NCBI GenBank assembly: GCA_035529595.1 | Contig: DATKWK010000023.1 | Coordinates: 142,961 to 206,960, forward strand | Source: Candidatus Bathyarchaeia archaeon | GTDB lineage: Bacteria; Patescibacteriota; Microgenomatia; PFEM01; JAFGMK01 | Direction of reading: 5' to 3' | DNA length: 64,000 nt | Program-made: the position numbers and the translations under genes | Shown here: positions 57,325 to 64,000 of the stretch, one piece after another | How positions within the stretch are numbered: position 1 is the stretch's first letter | Layout of the letters: the number at the start of each line of letters is the position of its first letter | Notes under the pieces: generated by a model | Told to the model about the DNA's origin: nothing | What the model saw: the letters and a program-made list of their open reading frames with translations, nothing else | Databases searched by the model: none

Positions 57325-59061
57325 ATGAATAAACTGCCCACACAGGCTGCTCATAATATTTATACTTCTCTTGAGGACGTGTTAGTCGCCCATCAAGTAT
57401 TGACGCGTGAAGAAATTAATGGGATTAAGCTTGAAAGTGTATCTACGGGGAAAAGTGTCGAAGAAATTGTCACCGAGAGAAAACTAGTTAATCCGGAGGA
57501 ATTAGCCAAAGCCCAAAGCGCTTTTTACAATATTGCCTACATTAATTTAAGCGAGGTCGGAGTTTCGCCGACCGCCCTTAATTTAATTCCCCGGCCAGTG
57601 GCGGAAAACTTTACTCTTGTTCCCTTTGAATACAATCCTTCATCTAATGAACTGTCGGTGGCGATGGCAGAGCCTCTTGATCTCAATGCCATCAAGTTCA
57701 TCGAAAAGAAATCACGGGCGAAAATCATTCCCTATATGGCGACAACTGAGGCGATCCGAAAGGCAATCGAGGAAAGATATGCTCAAAGTTTAGCTACGGA
57801 AGTAAAAGCGGCTTTGAAACGATCAAGCCTCGGAGCCGAAAAAGAGGCAGAAGCGATTGATATTTCTCAGCTAGGTAACATCATCCGGGAGGCGCCGATT
57901 GCTAAAATTGTAGCCACGGTTTTAGAATTTGCAGTTAAATCAAGAGCCTCAGATGTTCATATTGAACCTCAGGAAGAAAAGACGCGCGTGCGTTATCGAA
58001 TTGACGGTATTCTTCATGAGAAACTGGTTTTACCCAGAAGTCTTCATGAAGCAATGGTCTCACGGATAAAAATTCTGTCAGAGATGAAAATTGATGAAAA
58101 GAGAATCCCTCAGGACGGTCGGTTTACTTTTAAAGTAGATAGCCGGATAGTTGATCTTCGTGTTTCTTGTCTACCGACAGTCCATGGAGAGAAGATTGTG
58201 ATGAGGTTACTTAAAAAAGGTGGTGGGGTTATTGATTTACCGGAATTGGGCTTAAGAGGACGGGCTCTGAAGAATTTAGAAGACGCGATTTTGAGACCTC
58301 ACGGAATAATTGTTGTCTGCGGTCCTACTGGTTCAGGGAAAACAACTACTTTGTATTCGGTTATTTCACGGATAAACTCAAGTCGGGTCAATATCTTAAC
58401 TTTAGAAGATCCGGTTGAGTATGAAATTCCGGGAGTTAATCAGGTTCAAGTTAATCGGGCCGCCGGTTTAAGTTTTGCTTCGGGTTTGCGGAGCTTTCTG
58501 CGCCAAGATCCGAATGTTATTATGGTCGGTGAAATTCGCGATGAAGAAACGACGGAGTTAGCTGTGCAGGCAGCTTTAACCGGACACTTAGTCTTTTCAA
58601 CTCTGCATACCAGCAACGCTTCGGGTGCATTACCTCGGCTTCTCGATTTAGGCGGCGAACCGTTTTTACTGGCCTCCTCAATTACCTGTATCTTAGGCCA
58701 AAGAGTTGGCCGTCGGATTTGTATCGATTGTAAAGAGACATATGACGCTTCAGCTGAAGTAGTGGCCAACATTAGGAGCGTTTTAGGCAGCTTATATAAA
58801 GGAGGCAATAAACTTAAGCTCTATCGGGGTAAGGGCTGTCCGGTTTGCAATAACACCGGCTATATGGAAAGAGTCGGTATTTTTGAAGTTTTGCCGGTCT
58901 CGGAAAAAATAGGCCGCCTGATTTTGGAGAGGGCTTCGGCGGCGGAGATAGAAAAACAAGCTGTGGAAGAAGGAATGATTACCATGAAACAGGATGGCTA
59001 CTTGAAAGTCATCGAAGGACTTTCTACCATGGAGGAGATTCTTCGGGTAGCCGAAGCGTAA
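57325..59061 (+). CDS. pilB: Type IV pilus assembly ATPase PilB (GspE family)
   Basis: N-terminal GSPII_E_N-like repeats, Walker A VCGPTGSGKTTT, a tetracysteine motif (CIDCKETY...CPVCNNTGY) and His-box. Confidence 0.85.
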   Translation: MNKLPTQAAHNIYTSLEDVLVAHQVLTREEINGIKLESVSTGKSVEEIVTERKLVNPEELAKAQSAFYNIAYINLSEVGVSPTALNLIPRPVAENFTLVPFEYNPSSNELSVAMAEPLDLNAIKFIEKKSRAKIIPYMATTEAIRKAIEERYAQSLATEVKAALKRSSLGAEKEAEAIDISQLGNIIREAPIAKIVATVLEFAVKSRASDVHIEPQEEKTRVRYRIDGILHEKLVLPRSLHEAMVSRIKILSEMKIDEKRIPQDGRFTFKVDSRIVDLRVSCLPTVHGEKIVMRLLKKGGGVIDLPELGLRGRALKNLEDAILRPHGIIVVCGPTGSGKTTTLYSVISRINSSRVNILTLEDPVEYEIPGVNQVQVNRAAGLSFASGLRSFLRQDPNVIMVGEIRDEETTELAVQAALTGHLVFSTLHTSNASGALPRLLDLGGEPFLLASSITCILGQRVGRRICIDCKETYDASAEVVANIRSVLGSLYKGGNKLKLYRGKGCPVCNNTGYMERVGIFEVLPVSEKIGRLILERASAAEIEKQAVEEGMITMKQDGYLKVIEGLSTMEEILRVAEA

Positions 59062-59100
59062 GTTAAGATTAATAATCTTAGTCTTAGAAAAGGAGTATTT

Positions 59101-60162
59101 ATGACGGCTGAAGAGCTGCTAGAAATTGCTTATAAAGAAAAAGCCTCAGATTTGCACTTGATAGTTGGCGTACCGCCGATTTTAAGAATTGAGGGCTTGA
59201 TTATTTCGGTTTCCAATGAGGAGCCTCTGACAGCGGAACGAAGTAAAGATTTAGTCTTTTCTCTTCTGGCGGAGGAACAGAAGGAAACCTTTCTGGTAAA
59301 TAAAGAGATTGACTTTTCCGTTACTTATCAAGATCTGGCCCGTTTTCGGGTCAATGCTTACTACGAGAGAGGCCATATTTCGGCTTCCCTGAGATTGATT
59401 CCCAATAAAATTCCTACGATTGATGAGCTAATGTTACCTTCAATTTGCCACGAATTTGCCAAACTGAAACAAGGTTTTGTTTTGATTACCGGGCCGACCG
59501 GGCACGGAAAGTCAACAACGCTGGCGGCGATCATTCAGGAGGTTAATGAAACTCGGCGAGAGCATATCGTAACTATCGAAGACCCGATTGAATATGTCCA
59601 TCCTCACAGTAAGTCGATAATCACCCAAAGGGAATTGCGGGCAGACACCCATTCCTGGGAAATTGCGCTTCGATCTGTTTTAAGAGAAGATCCCAATATC
59701 GTTTTAATTGGTGAAATGCGGGATTACGAGACTATTTCGGCGGCTTTGACCATTGCCGAGACCGGGCATTTAGTTTTTGCTACTCTTCATACGAATTCAG
59801 CTGCGCAAACAATTGATAGAATTGTAGACGTGTTTCCACCCCACCAACAGCAACAAGTGAAAACTCAACTTTCCTTTACCCTAGAGGCAATTCTTTCCCA
59901 GCGCTTGGTGCCTTCTTTAGAGAAGAGAAGAATTGTCGCCAGCGAAATCTTGATTGCCAACCCGGCTGTTAGAAACTCTATTCGGGAGGGGCAAACCCAC
60001 TTGATTGATAACGTTATCCAAACATCGGCTGAACTAGGAATGCTTTCCTTGGAAAATGACTTGGCCAGATTGGTTAAAGAAGGAAAGATCAGCTACGAGC
60101 AGGCAAAAGCATTTGCCATCAGGCCGGAAGAATTAACCCGGCGGATTGGACGGGTTCGGTAA
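59101..60162 (+). CDS. pilT: Type IV pilus retraction ATPase PilT
   Basis: About 350 aa, Walker A GPTGHGKSTT and the PilT-type signature ASDLHL...RxR. Confidence 0.85.
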   Translation: MTAEELLEIAYKEKASDLHLIVGVPPILRIEGLIISVSNEEPLTAERSKDLVFSLLAEEQKETFLVNKEIDFSVTYQDLARFRVNAYYERGHISASLRLIPNKIPTIDELMLPSICHEFAKLKQGFVLITGPTGHGKSTTLAAIIQEVNETRREHIVTIEDPIEYVHPHSKSIITQRELRADTHSWEIALRSVLREDPNIVLIGEMRDYETISAALTIAETGHLVFATLHTNSAAQTIDRIVDVFPPHQQQQVKTQLSFTLEAILSQRLVPSLEKRRIVASEILIANPAVRNSIREGQTHLIDNVIQTSAELGMLSLENDLARLVKEGKISYEQAKAFAIRPEELTRRIGRVR

Positions 60163-60182
60163 TTTAATTTACAGACTGATTT

Positions 60183-61391
60183 ATGCTCAAATTTAATTAC
60201 TATGTCAAGGACAAACAGGGAAATCCCAAAAAAGGGATCGTCGAGGCGATAGGTCAGACCCAAGCGGCACAGATCTTGAGGGAACGGGGTTTAATCGTAA
60301 TTTCCCTGCAAACAAGAACCGAAGGTATAATTTCCTTCTTCAAGAGAAAATTTTTAAGCCGGGTCGGGCTTAATGAAGTCGTTAATTTTACCCGTCAACT
60401 GTCGACGATGATTAATGCCGGTTTAGTGATTACTGATGCCTTAACGATTCTTAGAACGCAAACGGAAAACCTTAACATGGCTTCAATAATCGACTCGATT
60501 CAAAAAGATATCGAAGGCGGGAGTAGTTTTTCTAAGGCGCTCGAAAAAAACCCAGCGATTTTTGATCCGGTATATGTCGCTTTGGTTCGGGCCGGAGAAA
60601 CAGCCGGTGTTCTTGATAAAATCCTGAATCGATTAGCCGATAACTTAGAAAAAAGGCGTGAATTTGTCAATAAAATAAAAAGCGCTATGGTTTATCCTAT
60701 AATCATCGTTGGTGGTATGGTGGTCGTTGGCGCCATCATGATGATTTTTGTGATCCCCAAACTGTTGGATCTTTATCAGGAGTTTGAGGCCAATCTACCG
60801 CTGGCGACGATTATTTTAATGTCACTTTCTAATTTCTTAAGCAAATTCTGGTGGTTAGTAATAATTGTTATCCTTGCTGTTGTCTGGCTAATTAAAGCGG
60901 TGGCGAAAACTGAAGCCGGCAAGTTGAAAATCGATGCGTTTTTTTTCTCATTGCCAGTGGTTGGCCGTATGAGAAAAGCGATGATGTTAACCGAGTTTAC
61001 CAGGACCTTAGGGCTCTTAATCGGCAGCGGGGTTCTGGTAGTAGACGCTTTAAATGTCTCATTAGGAGCGATGACGAGTGCTTTATATCGGAAATCGATC
61101 AGCGACGCATCAAGCGATGTTGAAAAAGGCACTGCTTTAGCTGTTTCCTTAGCCCGAACCGAGGTTTTTCCTCCCCTTTTACCGCAGATGATTTCAGTTG
61201 GTGAGGAAACAGGCAAGCTGGATGAAGTCCTTTTAAAAATTGCCGGTTACTTTGAGGGGGAAACGGAGATGGCTATCTCTGGTCTGACAACGGCGATCGA
61301 ACCGTTAGTGATGATTATTCTTGGTTTGGGTGTCGGTTTCCTGATTGTGGCGGTTATCATGCCGATTTACAATCTGACCAGTCAGTTTTAA
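60183..61391 (+). CDS. pilC: Type IV pilus platform protein PilC (GspF family)
   Basis: Two T2SSF-type repeats with 3 TM segments. Confidence 0.85.
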   Translation: MLKFNYYVKDKQGNPKKGIVEAIGQTQAAQILRERGLIVISLQTRTEGIISFFKRKFLSRVGLNEVVNFTRQLSTMINAGLVITDALTILRTQTENLNMASIIDSIQKDIEGGSSFSKALEKNPAIFDPVYVALVRAGETAGVLDKILNRLADNLEKRREFVNKIKSAMVYPIIIVGGMVVVGAIMMIFVIPKLLDLYQEFEANLPLATIILMSLSNFLSKFWWLVIIVILAVVWLIKAVAKTEAGKLKIDAFFFSLPVVGRMRKAMMLTEFTRTLGLLIGSGVLVVDALNVSLGAMTSALYRKSISDASSDVEKGTALAVSLARTEVFPPLLPQMISVGEETGKLDEVLLKIAGYFEGETEMAISGLTTAIEPLVMIILGLGVGFLIVAVIMPIYNLTSQF

Positions 61392-61503
61392 ATATCCAAG
61401 CGGTTCTACCCTTGACAAATGATTTCTAAGTATGAAATGATTGGTTATAAATCATTGGCTTCTTTCTTTATTGTCTAACTGAAAGGAGGTGACAAGAAGG
61501 AAA

Positions 61504-62031
61504 ATGCGAAAAACAACAGGTTTTACTTTAATTGAGATGTTGATTGTTATTGCTGTCATCGGTATTCTGGCGGTGGCAGTTTTGTCGGCGATTAACCCGA
61601 TCGAGCAGATGAGAAAAGCCCGGGATACCCGGCGCCGGAGTAATGCAGCCGAACTATTAAATGCCCTGGAGAGGTATTATGCAACTAATGAAGATTATGG
61701 TACGGCTTATATCGTGGGTGATGGAGCTGATTGTGCAACCGCGATTGCAGAAGGAAATCAAGTAAGTGGCGCAGATGACTTGGTTGATTTGATTTCTTCC
61801 AACGAACTAAAGTCAGAATTCGAAGACAGAATCGATACTGCTGGCGATGAACTATATAGTGCGATCGACGAAGTCGGCGGAACTGATTTAGTGACAGTTT
61901 GCTATCAGATTGAGTCAATGGCGAATATAACAAAATATGGTGAAGGACCAGCTCCTAATTGCTGCATCGAGGGAGGAGCTGCCTGTGCCGGTGATGGAAC
62001 AGCCGTAACTTACGTTTGTTTACCCGAATGA
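61504..62031 (+). CDS. pilA: Type IV (major) pilin
   Basis: MRKTTG|FTLIEMLIVIAVIGILAV prepilin signal. Strong RBS AAGGAGG upstream. Cys-rich C-terminal region. The track start at 61489 is probably too long. Confidence 0.8.
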   Translation: MRKTTGFTLIEMLIVIAVIGILAVAVLSAINPIEQMRKARDTRRRSNAAELLNALERYYATNEDYGTAYIVGDGADCATAIAEGNQVSGADDLVDLISSNELKSEFEDRIDTAGDELYSAIDEVGGTDLVTVCYQIESMANITKYGEGPAPNCCIEGGAACAGDGTAVTYVCLPE

Positions 62032-62061
62032 TGTCGGATAATTCCGGTTCTTCAAGCTAAA

Positions 62062-62089
62062 ATGGGATTTTGCGATCGCAAAATCCCAT
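62062..62089 (+). terminator. Perfect 28-bp palindrome ATGGGATTTTGCGA|TCGCAAAATCCCAT between pilA and pilD (terminator/attenuator candidate)
   Basis: Read directly. Follows the pilin stop by about 30 nt. The downstream U-tract is weak (cttatta). Confidence 0.45.
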
Positions 62090-62109
62090 CTTATTATGGA
62101 AGGAAAAAA

Positions 62110-62921
62110 TGGATAGTTTCTTTGGTCTTTTTCTTTTCCTTTTAAGTTTAGCCGTCGGCAGTTTTTTGAATGTGGTTGTCTACCGGTTAAATAACCCTGA
62201 CTCGGTTCCGAATCGAAAGAGAAAAGATTCCGGGATTTTTTTCCTTCTGGGTGGTCGATCTTTTTGCGATAAATGTCGGCATCAGTTAAGCTGGTCAGAT
62301 AATATTCCCCTGATTTCTTTTATCGTTTTAAAAAGGAAATGTCGTTATTGCCGAAAGCCGATTTCTTGGCAGTATCCCCTGGTGGAATTGGCTACCGCTG
62401 TTTGGTCGATTATTATTTATAACTGGGTAAAACTGAAATTTGGGATTAATCTACCCGTTCTCGGTTATTATTTATTTATCAGCTATTGCCTGATTGCCCT
62501 TTTCGTTTCTGACCTCCTTTACCAGACGCTTCCCGACCCAGTCTCTTACTTGGCAATTTTAATTACCGGGGTTCATCAATTGATTAACTGGCACTTAGCT
62601 TCTCTTTTGGCGACTCTCGGGGCCGCTGCCTTCTTTTTATTTCTGCACGTGGTTACTAAAGGTAAGGGCATGGCAATTGGCGATGCCAAGCTGGTTTTTC
62701 TTTTGGGCCTATTCTTGGGTTGGCCGGTCTTAGCCATCGGACTCTATCTGGCTTTCTTGACAGGGGCAGTCATCGGAGTCATACTCATTTTAGCCGGCCG
62801 GGCAAAGTTGGGTAAGCCGATACCTTTCGGGCCTTTTTTGATCGCTAGTGCCTGGTTGGCGTTATTTACTGCCAAGGAGATTATCGCCCTTTACTTGTCC
62901 GGTTTTTGGCTCAAGACATGA
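62110..62921 (+). CDS. pilD: Prepilin peptidase PilD (A24 family)
   Basis: CDKC...CRYC zinc-binding tetracysteine, catalytic-Asp-containing GMAIGDAKLVF. Start chosen at MDSFFGLFLFLL. Confidence 0.85.
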
Positions 62922-63418
62922 TGATCAAAAAATCTGTCAGATTGACAAGGAGCGAGATAGTTACCATCATTCTGACATTGATTATGGTGACGGCGGTTTC
63001 GTGGTTCAATTTGGAAAAAAGCCGCCGGCTTCAGCGAGACTTAAGTCGTAAAACCGATCTTGATCGAATAATCAAAGCTATGGGGTATTATTATCAGGTT
63101 TATAATTCATATCCTGCAAGTTCGGATAATTACAAAATCTCAGCTTGCGGCTCCGAGGGTAAAAGCGAATGTATTGCGAATCAGAAGTGGGAAGACGGGG
63201 AGGTTATTTATCTTGATTATTTACCGGTAGATCCCAAGACCTTCATTGATTCCCGTTGGCCGGATTACGGTTATCGGGCGGAGGCTACGGGCAGTTCGTT
63301 TTGGCTTTGGGCGTATCTGGAGAACGGAGAGGATTCAGATATTATTTCCGCTCAAGAGAAATGTCCCGGGAATTGGCAGAAAAACCAGTATGTTGTCTGT
63401 AAAACCGCAACCCAGTAA
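62906..63418 (+). CDS. Pilin-like protein with non-canonical leader
   Basis: Hydrophobic N-terminal helix SEIVTIILTLIMVTAV plus pilin-type alpha1 region (...DLDRIIKAMGYYYQVYNSYP) like the neighbouring pilins. Lacks a clear G|FxxxE. Confidence 0.5.
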   Translation: MAQDMMIKKSVRLTRSEIVTIILTLIMVTAVSWFNLEKSRRLQRDLSRKTDLDRIIKAMGYYYQVYNSYPASSDNYKISACGSEGKSECIANQKWEDGEVIYLDYLPVDPKTFIDSRWPDYGYRAEATGSSFWLWAYLENGEDSDIISAQEKCPGNWQKNQYVVCKTATQ

Positions 63419-63451
63419 TTTGCTTTAGTAAGCAAATTTGCTATAGTTAAA

Positions 63452-63967
63452 ATGATGGATAAAAATACATCCCTAAATAAATATTCGCGCTGGCAGGGAT
63501 TTTCAATGGTTGAATTGCTGATTGCGAGCTTCATTCTGGTTATTCTTATGGGTGCGGCAATGACTTTTATCAATCCCTCGACCCAACTTAAAAAAGCCCG
63601 GGATACAAAACGAAAACAGCATCTTAACCAGTATCGTATTGCGCTCGAGACTTACTCAGCGGCAAATAATAGTACTTATCCTATTCATGAGACCGCTGTC
63701 AGAGCCGACAGTCTGCCTGCAGAAGACGATCTCTGCGACGATTTGACCGGTCGATCTCCTCAGGTGGATTTCATAGAATCTTGCCCCGGCGACCCTCTTA
63801 ATACTTCCCCGTACCAGTACTCTTATCAATCCGATGAAAGCGGTTACGAAATGGCTCTTTATGCGAGATTGGAAATCGGAAACTATTGGGCTGTCTGTGG
63901 GAATGGTCAAACCGGTGAAGTCGGCGATTTGGTCGCTGTTTTAGTTTATTGTAGTCTGTCCGGTTAA
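63452..63967 (+). CDS. Type IV pilin
   Basis: Prepilin signal ...RWQG|FSMVELLIASFILVIL with an 18-aa leader, pilin alpha1 region ...LNQYRIALETYSAANNSTYP and C-terminal Cys. Confidence 0.75.
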   Translation: MMDKNTSLNKYSRWQGFSMVELLIASFILVILMGAAMTFINPSTQLKKARDTKRKQHLNQYRIALETYSAANNSTYPIHETAVRADSLPAEDDLCDDLTGRSPQVDFIESCPGDPLNTSPYQYSYQSDESGYEMALYARLEIGNYWAVCGNGQTGEVGDLVAVLVYCSLSG

Positions 63968-64000
63968 GGGGGTTTATTTCATATGGACAATTTAAAAAAC

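Overview
This is a low-GC, gene-dense bacterial segment. Most proteins are short, with conserved housekeeping genes interleaved with many small secreted or membrane hypotheticals. That style fits a small-genome, possibly CPR/Patescibacteria-like organism, but this is an inference from gene content only. No rRNA genes and no CRISPR arrays are present. There is one tRNA, tRNA-Leu(CAA) at 41890..41975.

Conserved backbone genes:
- a partial cysS 3' end
- an ABC-F ATPase, a NudC-like NUDIX hydrolase, an aldo/keto reductase, a DinJ/YafQ toxin-antitoxin pair and a SAM methyltransferase
- ychF, then the rpsF-ssb-rpsR block, followed by ctpA and htrA
- on the minus strand: rpmE and a domain-1-less prfA, an EamA transporter, hisS and an M20 peptidase
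- dnaB, an Lgt-like protein, a DksA/TraR zinc-finger protein, an RluA-type pseudouridine synthase, an LCP-like protein, yebC and a Xer-type tyrosine recombinase
- gyrB-ppa-gyrA and holB

Type IV pilus systems:
- A minor-pilin cluster at 1413..4282 (minus strand) has three prepilin-type proteins plus a PilX-N/vWA tip-adhesin candidate.
- A core locus at 57325..63967 carries pilB, pilT, pilC, pilA, pilD and two further pilins.

Most notable observations:
1. A 138-bp highly structured MITE-like element (terminal inverted repeats, TAAG duplication) sits in the 5' leader of the ABC-F gene. The matching empty site is preserved upstream of an internally deleted ABC-F paralog remnant at 22297..22406.
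2. A gene-decay zone at 22238..23443 holds the ABC-F remnant, a uvrA C-terminal pseudogene and a homopolymer-frameshifted gene.
3. A G/C-richer, translationally coupled cassette at 33693..37916 encodes an unknown 516-aa protein, a GT-B-like glycosyltransferase and a GNAT-histidine-phosphatase fusion, followed by an M20 deacylase. It is a candidate uncharacterised glycoconjugate or small-molecule pathway.
4. A PEP-utilising (phosphohistidine swivel) domain protein is paired with a SixA-like histidine-phosphatase-fold protein.
5. A P-loop NTPase of unknown type lies immediately 3' of the tRNA-Leu.
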